DNA of 60,586 nucleotides from NCBI GenBank assembly GCA_045545055.1, contig JAZQAB010000105.1, positions 1 through 60,586 on the forward strand, in the 5' to 3' direction. The notes under the pieces were generated by a model. That model was given only the letters and a program-made list of their open reading frames with translations. It was not told the DNA's origin and did no database searches. Below, piece by piece: positions 9,805-18,232 of the stretch. Position 1 is the stretch's first letter, and every line of letters starts with the position of its first letter. The stretch comes from Clostridia bacterium (GTDB lineage Bacteria > Bacillota > Clostridia > UMGS1883). Made by a program: the position numbers and the translations under genes.

Positions 9805-12800
9805 ATGAAAAAGCTTATTTCCTTAATAATAGCTCTGACTATACTGATACCCTGTATTGGGGTATCAGCTTCAGATAGTGAAATTATTAACTGGGCGGAT
9901 AAAACTGTTTACAGTAGCGTATCGGGAAGCTGTGCATATGACGTGAAAAACAATAAAACAACGATGGATGCACTTTTCGGGGGTGTGGCAAGCCCGTTAG
10001 CAGGAAGCGGATATAACGTGGAGCTGGACTATCCGAAAACATATTCTGAAGAGTCCAACGGTCAGGGCGTAGGAACTGTCCCGATTTCCAAGTTTCTTGT
10101 TGACTTAGGTGAGGAACGTGAAATTGATTTTATTGATATATATCAATTCAAGGACCGTATTACTGAAATCAAAGTATACGAAGTTAATGATGTATCTAAG
10201 TTTAATGCGGCAAAGAACATAGCGGCATCAATCACAGACAGCTTTATGGCAAATTACACAACTCTTCTTGGTGAAGCAATCTTCGATAACGGAGGCAATG
10301 CTGCGACAACCCTGAACGAGCTTGGTAACTGTAATTCTCCCGATACTATACAGTTCAGCGAAACAAAAACAGCACAGTATCTTCTTTTTACAGTGACACA
10401 AACTGTTTCTACACCGGGATATAGTAAAATATTACTTCAGAAAATTACAATAAATAAGGGTACTCGGACTCCGGGGAATCCTGATCCCGAACAGCCCGGC
10501 ACAGGTGGAGGCACAGATCCTGATCCCGAACAGCCTGGCACAGGTGGAGGCACAGATCCTGAACTTGAAGATCTTACAGCAAGACCGATTTTTAGGGACA
10601 AACACGATAATGCATACAGTAAAGGTGCTGTAGATATTGCGGCTAAATGTATGGAAGGGACTGATTTGGAATCTCTTACAGACTTAACAGATAAAACAGG
10701 TGTAGAGGTTGCCGAAAATGACAGCCTTATTATTGATTTTGGAAAAGAAAAGGTAATTAATCTTATTTCTATGACTCAGCTCGGCAACAAAATTGATGAG
10801 TACGAGATATATTATTCATCGGATGAATCAGAATGGAAGCTTTTTGACAAAGGCAACTTTGAAGTTGTGGATCTTGATTTTGAAGAATCGCAACCTATCG
10901 AAATGAGTGTCGAAAGAGAATCGGTAATTTGCCACTACATTAAAATAGTTGTAAAAACTCTTCGCGAAGACCCTTTAACCGACGTTGCAAAACTTCTTTC
11001 CTTTGAAGCTTATAATACAGAAGATGGAACGGAAGTAAATTTAGCAAACTCAGATTTGCGTAATGATGTTACCGGTTTCAAAAACACAAGTGAAGATACG
11101 ACTTACGGTTATTTCAAAAATGTGTTATCTCCTTCGAAAATTGGATATATAATGTGTCTCAGTTTTATATCGAGTTTGCATAATCATAATAATACTTTCT
11201 TTGCAATAGACTTGGGTAGAGTAACTGATGTTAATAGACTGCAGTTGACTCAGAGAAAAGAAAATATTGTAAATTACAGCATTTACAGCTGTGATTCCGA
11301 CATGGCGTGGAGTCGTGTTTCTGCACTTGGTGGAAACAACAGTCAGCTTGACGAGGGCACCTTATCAGAACTTACAAAAATTACAGACGGTAGTCTTCCT
11401 GATCTGGAGGATTATGATACAATTCTAAATGAGGAAGAAAAAGATCTCGTTTCTGTAATCGATTTTGGTAAAACTGTCAAGAGCCGCTATCTTGTTTTTG
11501 TTATTACAAAGGCTGATAGACCCAATGGCGGACCTATGCAGTGGGATGTTGAAGTGTACAATCATAAGATAGTATCTCCTGTATACACTCCCGACGGAAA
11601 TGAAAGTGAGTTTGATTCGTCGTCTATGGGTACAAATTATGCCCTTGAACATAGTGTAATTTCTGACGCTGGGTATATAGGCAGCAATGCTCCGTATACG
11701 TCAACTGAAATTCTGACCGATGGCACTAAATCTGATGGCAGAAATATCTTCTATCTCGGAGGAAATTCTCCTGCAGAGATGATTTTAGACTTCGGACAAT
11801 CTGTTCCGACAGATACATTGGTTTTGTATGAATACGGACACAAAATGAAAGACGTTGTTATTTCTTCTTCTAACGACAATCTTAGCTGGGAGGAAGTAAC
11901 AACTTATACATCAGGTGAAACAGAAGGACGAGATGCAAATTTTACTGCAATAACATATCCCCTTACCGTTGCAAGGTATATAAAAATATCGAGCTATAAT
12001 CAATCTGGTACGGCCATGCTCTCAGAAATAGAGGCATATTCTTCAGATGAGGTAGCGGTGATTCTTAACAGTCTGACAACAGATATGTTGTCAGATGAAA
12101 GTACACAGTGTATTACAAACAACCTTATAGACCTCCCGGAAACAGTAACGGATGCTGATTCGGGATACAGTGCAACTATTATATGGTCAGGTGGGGAAGG
12201 CGTAATAAATCCGCTGACAGGGGAGATTATAAGAAGTCTTGATGAGGACAAGAATGTTATCCTAAAGGCAACTCTTACTGTAGCGGAAACAGGGGATGTT
12301 TTCGAAAAAACATTTAGCTTCTGTGTGAAGAAAGATTCTTCAGGAACCTTTGTTGAACAGAAGGAGCTTTCTTTTGCAGAATTTATAAATACAGGAAGTG
12401 TAACCGAAGAAAACATTCTTTCTCTCGGTGAAAACTCTTCTGCAACATACACCTATAAGGAAGAAAATGACTTTCTTATAAAGGATAACTTTACAGCTGA
12501 ATTTCAGCTTGACAGTTCGGCATCTTCAGTCTCTTTTGATTTGGGAGAGAAAACTTTTTACATAGAGAAGAATGCCGATGAAACTGTATTTACACTCGAA
12601 GAAAAAGAAATTCTTAAAACAAATGCATACCGGAACGCAAAATACAAACTTGAAATAGTTGACGGAATGCTCAATATTTATATTGATAAGCTTAACGGAT
12701 ATGGATATCGTGCTATATCGTATGGCAATGTGTTTTCAGGTGCTGTACTCGAAACAATAGATTTTTCAACAGGCAGCGAAGAAACTGCAAATGTTATTTT

Positions 12801-14415
12801 TGTAAAACTCTATATTCCTGAAAACAAGCTTATTGATACAGTCTTTGAACAGTTTGATTTTTCAAAACTGTCGGACGATAATCCGCTTCTTCTTACCAAG
12901 AATCTTACTCTTATTTCAAATGTTCTTAAGACTGATATTTCTTACACTACATTGGAATCATCTTCAGCGATAAATAGTGTAAACGGCATGGTGGATTTGG
13001 ATAATCATGGTATATTTAGTTTTAATGTAAAAGTTTCATACAGAGATTCTTCTAAATCAAAAACATTTAAAACTGCAGTAGGCAATATCTTTGCGGGTGT
13101 GCCTGTAAGCGCTTCTGCTGTACCATATGGCGGGACAAGTGAATCAAGTATTACAGCGACTGCGCACGGAGGATATTACCTTACAACTGCGAGCAAATAT
13201 GATATTACAGCAGAAATTCTTGATTTAAAACCTATCACAAAAATTGTGGTTTCAGAGCCTAGCGATGCACTGGGAAGAATTAATGCATGGAGCCTCGAAG
13301 TTTCGCAAGATGGAAAGACATTTGCAAAGGTGGCAGAGGGTAATTCTGTTGGGGAAGAACTTATTATTGATGTTGCTCCCGTTAAGATAAAGAAGATTAA
13401 GTTTTCAGTAAATCAAAGAAACGGAAGCACAAGCGGTATTGAAAAGATGTTAGGATTCTTTACCCCTACAGATATTCAGATAGCTAAGAGCGACAATAAT
13501 TCAGTAAGCGTCCCGGAAGAAATTAACGGAAATATAACACTTCCGCTTTTGGGAGAATATGGTGCTTTATATAAATATGAGCTTGTTGACTCACAGCATT
13601 CAGCTCTTCTCAGCTTTATTGCAGGGGCAGAAAACTATGTTTGTACTGTTACTAAACCAGAAAATGATACTTCAGTTGAAATCAGAATTACCGCAACGTA
13701 TAACGGAGAATCTGTTTCAAAAGTAGTACGTACAAAGGTTAGTGGTAAAAACAGCGTTTCAACAAAACCCTCTGAAGGCGGAACTATAAACGCTGGCAAT
13801 AGTGGCAGTTATAACGGACCTACTACCGGTGGCGGAAGCAGTGGAGAAAAGAAGGAAGATCCTTTGGTTACTCCCGATGTACCCATGGAAGAAAACAAGA
13901 CTGAAAAAGAACTTGAAAACCATTGGGCAAAGGCGGAAATCTCATTCCTTATGGTTAAAGGAATAGTGCGGGGTGACGGAAAGTCCCTTAATCTTGATTC
14001 GTCTGTAACTCGTGCAGAATTTATTGCAATGATAGTTCGTGCAATGGAATGGACAGCCTCCGAAAACAACAGTCAGTTCAAGGATGTAAAATCTACTGAT
14101 TGGTTTGCAGCTGATTTGCAGACAGCCTATGAAAACCGACTCTTCAAGGGCGACGGAATTAATGCAATGCCCAATAAGCGCATAACAAGGCAGGAAGCAG
14201 CAGTAATGCTTGCAAATATCTGCAAAGCAGTTGAAAATGAATCAAAGGGCTTTACTGATAACGTAAATATCAGCGATTGGGCACGGGACGGCGTAGAAAA
14301 GGCATCAGCTTTGGGTCTTATCACGGGATATGAAGATGGTTCCTTTGCTCCCGGCAAGAACATTCGTAGAGATGAAGCAATGGTAGTAATTTACAGATTG
14401 CTTACTTTAAAGTAA
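9805..14415 (+). CDS. 1536-aa cell-surface multi-module protein: discoidin-like modules, Ig-like repeat, C-terminal 3x SLH anchor
   Basis: Seen: signal peptide, then an N-terminal module paralogous to the 8246 gene. Further discoidin-like blocks follow (IIDFGKEKVINLISMTQLGNKIDEYEIYYSSDESEW; MILDFGQSVPTDTLVLYEYGHKMKDVVISSSNDNLSW; ILDLKPITKIVVSEPSDALGRINAWSLEVSQDGKTF). A Gly-rich linker precedes three SLH repeats (HWAKAEISFLMVKGIVRGDG...VTRAEFIAMIV; FKDVKSTDWFAADLQTAY; ISDWARDGVEKASALGLITGYEDGSFAPGKNIRRDEAMVVIYRLL). No catalytic domain recognised. Confidence 0.85.
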   Translation: MKKLISLIIALTILIPCIGVSASDSEIINWADKTVYSSVSGSCAYDVKNNKTTMDALFGGVASPLAGSGYNVELDYPKTYSEESNGQGVGTVPISKFLVDLGEEREIDFIDIYQFKDRITEIKVYEVNDVSKFNAAKNIAASITDSFMANYTTLLGEAIFDNGGNAATTLNELGNCNSPDTIQFSETKTAQYLLFTVTQTVSTPGYSKILLQKITINKGTRTPGNPDPEQPGTGGGTDPDPEQPGTGGGTDPELEDLTARPIFRDKHDNAYSKGAVDIAAKCMEGTDLESLTDLTDKTGVEVAENDSLIIDFGKEKVINLISMTQLGNKIDEYEIYYSSDESEWKLFDKGNFEVVDLDFEESQPIEMSVERESVICHYIKIVVKTLREDPLTDVAKLLSFEAYNTEDGTEVNLANSDLRNDVTGFKNTSEDTTYGYFKNVLSPSKIGYIMCLSFISSLHNHNNTFFAIDLGRVTDVNRLQLTQRKENIVNYSIYSCDSDMAWSRVSALGGNNSQLDEGTLSELTKITDGSLPDLEDYDTILNEEEKDLVSVIDFGKTVKSRYLVFVITKADRPNGGPMQWDVEVYNHKIVSPVYTPDGNESEFDSSSMGTNYALEHSVISDAGYIGSNAPYTSTEILTDGTKSDGRNIFYLGGNSPAEMILDFGQSVPTDTLVLYEYGHKMKDVVISSSNDNLSWEEVTTYTSGETEGRDANFTAITYPLTVARYIKISSYNQSGTAMLSEIEAYSSDEVAVILNSLTTDMLSDESTQCITNNLIDLPETVTDADSGYSATIIWSGGEGVINPLTGEIIRSLDEDKNVILKATLTVAETGDVFEKTFSFCVKKDSSGTFVEQKELSFAEFINTGSVTEENILSLGENSSATYTYKEENDFLIKDNFTAEFQLDSSASSVSFDLGEKTFYIEKNADETVFTLEEKEILKTNAYRNAKYKLEIVDGMLNIYIDKLNGYGYRAISYGNVFSGAVLETIDFSTGSEETANVIFVKLYIPENKLIDTVFEQFDFSKLSDDNPLLLTKNLTLISNVLKTDISYTTLESSSAINSVNGMVDLDNHGIFSFNVKVSYRDSSKSKTFKTAVGNIFAGVPVSASAVPYGGTSESSITATAHGGYYLTTASKYDITAEILDLKPITKIVVSEPSDALGRINAWSLEVSQDGKTFAKVAEGNSVGEELIIDVAPVKIKKIKFSVNQRNGSTSGIEKMLGFFTPTDIQIAKSDNNSVSVPEEINGNITLPLLGEYGALYKYELVDSQHSALLSFIAGAENYVCTVTKPENDTSVEIRITATYNGESVSKVVRTKVSGKNSVSTKPSEGGTINAGNSGSYNGPTTGGGSSGEKKEDPLVTPDVPMEENKTEKELENHWAKAEISFLMVKGIVRGDGKSLNLDSSVTRAEFIAMIVRAMEWTASENNSQFKDVKSTDWFAADLQTAYENRLFKGDGINAMPNKRITRQEAAVMLANICKAVENESKGFTDNVNISDWARDGVEKASALGLITGYEDGSFAPGKNIRRDEAMVVIYRLLTLK
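9886..10025 (+). repeat. Copy B of the 140-nt near-identical direct repeat (partner 8345-8484)
   Basis: Seen: see copy A. The repeat starts at codon 28 of the 9805 gene, the same phase as copy A. Confidence 0.95.
10480..10557 (+). repeat. Tandem 39-nt duplication encoding linker PDPEQPGTGGGTD x2
   Basis: Seen: units 10480-10518 and 10519-10557 differ at one synonymous base (cagcccggc versus cagcctggc). The next 5 nt (cctga) begin a third unit. The duplication is in frame. Confidence 0.95.
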
Positions 14416-14445
14416 TACTGAAATGAGAAAAGAGGAGATTATACA

Positions 14446-17079
14446 ATGAAAAAAATATTAGCTTTAATATTGACTATAGTTATGCTTATTCTTTCTCAGA
14501 GCAGTGTTATGGCGGAAAAAACAACATACGATGATGCGCTCTTCGATATTACTTCGTTGGGAATATTTGTTCCGGATGAAAACGGGGGATACAGAGAGGG
14601 TAGCCCTCTTACACGTGCAGAATTTGCAACAGCAATTCTTCGTATGATAGGATATGATGAAATTGTATCAGTCGGTGTAGCGACCTCTTTTGCCGATGTA
14701 GCAGAGGAAGATTGGTATTATAATGCTGTACAGAATGTTTATTCGCTTAACATAATGACTGGGGATGGAAAAGGTTATTTCCATCCCACGGCAAATGTAA
14801 CCCTAGAGGAGGCGGTAAAAACAGTAGTTACCATTCTCGGTTATGAAATATCTGCTGAAAATCTTGGTGGCTGGCCGCAAGGATATATGGCGATGGCTAC
14901 AAAATTAGGTGTTCTTGATGGGTTGAAAACATCAGGAGTATTTACTCGCGGAGATTTGGCAGTAGTTCTCTACAATGCTCTTGATGTGCAAATTCTTACT
15001 AAGCGCTATGGTAGTGAGGAATTTTATAAAGACAGTGATACATATCGTTATCTGCTGATGCGAAAGTATGGGAAAAAGGTATATAATGTAGTTGATGTTG
15101 TTAAGGCAACTGCGTTTTCTTATACTGAATTTCCTATAAAAGACCTTGAAGAGGACGAGGTAGTTATTGGGGATATACGCTACAAGAAAGGCAGTACTGA
15201 TGTTGATAACTACATCGGTATGGAGGTAGAGATTTTTGCTGTGGAGTACCCTGAAGGAACAACAACTCTCCTTTCTGTAAAACCGACCGGCAACAATACT
15301 GTTACAGAGATTGCACTTGCGGATATTGAAGGATGCAGTAATTCCTATGTCAATTATACAAGCGGAAACAAGACAGAAAAAATTAACTTTGAAGCGCTCC
15401 CCGTGATGCTTTATAACGGAACCCCCGTAGAATTTAACAAAAACGAACTTTTGTCAGAAAATCCAGGATGTATAAAGTTTGTCGATTGTAACAACAATAA
15501 AAAAGTTGATTATATTTTTATAGAGGCATATGAAAATATACTTGTTCAGCGAGTTTCTGAAAATGTTATCGTACCTTATAACGGATTTACTGTAAATGGT
15601 AAGAAAACCTTGTTCGTAGATTTAGAGAATGAGAATAAAAAGTTCGAAATTTATGACGGTAACGGTGAGATTGCACAGTTTACCGACATAAAGCCTGAAC
15701 AGATTTTGAGTGTCTATTCTGATAAGAATGAAACTCGTTTCAGAATTTATTTAAGTGACAAGACAGGTACGGGAGTTTTTTCTGAATATGATGAAAATAC
15801 AGTAAAAATAGATGACAATACCTATAATGTTTATAGTAAAACTGTATACGACGGGGAACTTGGAGACGAGGTCACGGTATACATTGATGCAAAAGGATAT
15901 TGTGCATATATAAAATATGTACCACAGACTAAGAATTATGGATATGTGTTAGATGTGTGGGAATCAGGTTTCACAAAAGAAGTAGCCCTACTCCTTTCAA
16001 AGCCTGCAAGCTTTACCGCAGATATCAACTCTGAAGACTTGGACAATATAACTTCTACACCTGTTCTTATTTGTGAAAATGAAGGAATTGAATATTACAG
16101 TCTTGCAAAAAAAGTAAAAATTAATGGACAGAGATACAGTCAGGGTGATGCAATTGAGAAACTTCAAAATGCGGGGGCTGTTAAATTCAGTCTTAATTCA
16201 GAAGGACTTATTTCTGAAGCGGAGATACTTGAAATGTATGCAGGCGATGAAAGTCTGAAACTTACATATAACGTTTATGACAAAGTATTTGCCGGAAATT
16301 CATTCATTGAAGGATTTTCTCTTGATGAAAAATCAAATATTATATGTATTCCCGAAATCGTCAAGCGCGAAGATGACTATCTTGTAAAAACTCGTATCGA
16401 TGTCAGTGGTAATACGGAAGGATACAATGTAAGAGCCTACGATTACGATGAAGTAACAAAGAAAGCAGGCCTTGTTGTTATTGTAAAGGGTATGGATGCA
16501 GAACTTATAAATGATGCTACAATAACATCTTCACCAGCTTGTATGGTTAAGAATGTGAGAGTCGTATGTGACGAAGACAACGGAGATTATTATAGACTAA
16601 CATTGATAGAAAACGGTAAGGAAGTTACATATAATACTATAGAAGTCAGAGAAAAGAATGAAGTTATAAGCGAACTACGTCCTGGAGATCTTATAAGTTA
16701 TTATATGAACGATTCTGATCTTATTGAAAATGTTATGCTTTTTCATTCGTTTAAAAATGGAGATAGCTCCTATAAAATTCAACATGCTACTCGTGACTAT
16801 GTAGAGTACTGCGGTATTATTGAAGATGTTTCATTTGATGAGGTAGATAATACAAATTGTCTTTTGGCGACAAAGGTGGTTATGGAGATTCAGGGTGGCT
16901 CGGTACCGTTGTACATACAACAGAGAAATAAACCTCCGGTATTTATCTATGATTTTTCAGGTGAAGAAATGGTGCAGAGTTCATCACTTGAAGAACTTAT
17001 TCCGGGATATGACAAACTCTATGTTCTTTCTGTATCGAACAAAACCCCTAGAGCTTGCGTTATTATAAGAGGAGAATAA
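14446..17079 (+). CDS. 877-aa surface protein: signal peptide + N-terminal SLH triplet + about 690-aa uncharacterised body
   Basis: Seen: GAGGAG RBS and signal peptide MKKILALILTIVMLILSQSSVMA. SLH-like repeats: LTRAEFATAILRMIG; FADVAEEDWYYNAVQNVYSLNIMTGDGKGYFHPTANVTLEEAVKTVV; GWPQGYMAMATKLGVLDGL...TRGDLAVVLYNAL. The rest matches no motif I recognise. A paralogue lies at 46129. Confidence 0.8.
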   Translation: MKKILALILTIVMLILSQSSVMAEKTTYDDALFDITSLGIFVPDENGGYREGSPLTRAEFATAILRMIGYDEIVSVGVATSFADVAEEDWYYNAVQNVYSLNIMTGDGKGYFHPTANVTLEEAVKTVVTILGYEISAENLGGWPQGYMAMATKLGVLDGLKTSGVFTRGDLAVVLYNALDVQILTKRYGSEEFYKDSDTYRYLLMRKYGKKVYNVVDVVKATAFSYTEFPIKDLEEDEVVIGDIRYKKGSTDVDNYIGMEVEIFAVEYPEGTTTLLSVKPTGNNTVTEIALADIEGCSNSYVNYTSGNKTEKINFEALPVMLYNGTPVEFNKNELLSENPGCIKFVDCNNNKKVDYIFIEAYENILVQRVSENVIVPYNGFTVNGKKTLFVDLENENKKFEIYDGNGEIAQFTDIKPEQILSVYSDKNETRFRIYLSDKTGTGVFSEYDENTVKIDDNTYNVYSKTVYDGELGDEVTVYIDAKGYCAYIKYVPQTKNYGYVLDVWESGFTKEVALLLSKPASFTADINSEDLDNITSTPVLICENEGIEYYSLAKKVKINGQRYSQGDAIEKLQNAGAVKFSLNSEGLISEAEILEMYAGDESLKLTYNVYDKVFAGNSFIEGFSLDEKSNIICIPEIVKREDDYLVKTRIDVSGNTEGYNVRAYDYDEVTKKAGLVVIVKGMDAELINDATITSSPACMVKNVRVVCDEDNGDYYRLTLIENGKEVTYNTIEVREKNEVISELRPGDLISYYMNDSDLIENVMLFHSFKNGDSSYKIQHATRDYVEYCGIIEDVSFDEVDNTNCLLATKVVMEIQGGSVPLYIQQRNKPPVFIYDFSGEEMVQSSSLEELIPGYDKLYVLSVSNKTPRACVIIRGE

Positions 17080-17080
17080 T

Positions 17081-18214
17081 ATGAAGGTAGATTCTAATAC
17101 AAAAAAATGGGCTGATGAAATATGGGGAAAGCTTGATAGAAAACTTTCCCATTCAGTTTCTACAGTAGGAGATATGATTCCCTATACCACTAAAGGAGGA
17201 AAATACTGCCCTCATGAATCGAACGATATATCATGGTGGACAAACGGCTTTTGGGGCGGATTAATGTGGCTTATGTATGCAGGTACAAAAAATGATCTAT
17301 ATAAAAAGGCCGCAGAGAAGAATGAGGTGCTTCTTGAAGAAGCATTTGAGGAATATAACGGAATACATCATGATGTAGGCTTTATGTGGCTCCTTACCTC
17401 AGGAGCAAACTATATGCTTACAGGGAGTCAAAAATCCGGCAAAAGAATGATGCACGCAGCAGACCTTCTTGCAGCAAGATTCAATGTAGAGGGCGGTTAT
17501 ATTCGTGCGTGGAATGGACCTAAAGAAGAGGAAAGGTTCAGGCAGATTGCAATAATTGACTGTATGATGAATATTTCTCTCTTATACCATGCTTCAAAAG
17601 AAAGTATGGATGATAGATATAAGGCAATAGCGATGCGTCATGCAGATAAAACAATGCGGCACCACGTAAGAGAAGACGGAAGTATAAATCACATAATGAG
17701 ATACGACACCCATACAGGCGAGGTAGTAGCAATAGAAGGCGGTCAGGGGTATAATGAAAATTCCTCATGGTCCCGCGGTCAAAGCTGGGGCCTGTACGGA
17801 TTTACTCTAAGCTATATACATACAGGTAAAAAGGAATATCTTGATACGGCAAAAAAGATAGCTCATTACTTTATAGCAGCGTGTTGCAGTGATTGGCTGG
17901 TAAGAAGTGATTTTCGTGCACCCAAAGAACATATTCTGTATGACAGCACAGCAGCATGTATTGCAGCGTGCGGACTTCTTGAACTTTCAGGATTGGTAGA
18001 TGAAAAAGAATCAGATATGTACTTTAGTGCGGCAATAAATATTCTTAAGGCGACGGAAGAGAAATTTGCTGACTGGTCAGAAGAGACAGACGGAATACTA
18101 GATTTTGGTTCTGAATTGTATAATGGTGGAAAGCATATGAAGATAATCTATGGAGATTATTACTTTGCAGAAGCTATATATAAGCTTAGAGAAACAGGAC
18201 CGCTTTTCTGGTAA
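17081..18214 (+). CDS. GH88 unsaturated glucuronyl hydrolase, cytoplasmic
   Basis: Seen: the ATG is 1 nt after the previous stop; no signal peptide. Known: GH88 hallmark blocks WWTNGFWGGLMWLMY, HHDVGFMW, IIDCMMNISLLY, SWSRGQSWGLYGF and DSTAACIAACGLLEL. Confidence 0.9.
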   Translation: MKVDSNTKKWADEIWGKLDRKLSHSVSTVGDMIPYTTKGGKYCPHESNDISWWTNGFWGGLMWLMYAGTKNDLYKKAAEKNEVLLEEAFEEYNGIHHDVGFMWLLTSGANYMLTGSQKSGKRMMHAADLLAARFNVEGGYIRAWNGPKEEERFRQIAIIDCMMNISLLYHASKESMDDRYKAIAMRHADKTMRHHVREDGSINHIMRYDTHTGEVVAIEGGQGYNENSSWSRGQSWGLYGFTLSYIHTGKKEYLDTAKKIAHYFIAACCSDWLVRSDFRAPKEHILYDSTAACIAACGLLELSGLVDEKESDMYFSAAINILKATEEKFADWSEETDGILDFGSELYNGGKHMKIIYGDYYFAEAIYKLRETGPLFW

Positions 18215-18232
18215 CAAAAAGGAGAGAGCAGT

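Noticed and set aside
12000-12452. 150-aa minus-strand ORF (and similar listed ORFs at 11425..11652, 13809..14069 and 14127..14363) inside the 1536-aa surface-protein gene.
   Set aside because: It is fully antisense to a long CDS with motif-supported domains. It has no RBS, and its Ser/Pro/Val-rich composition is typical of antisense frames of AT-rich genes.
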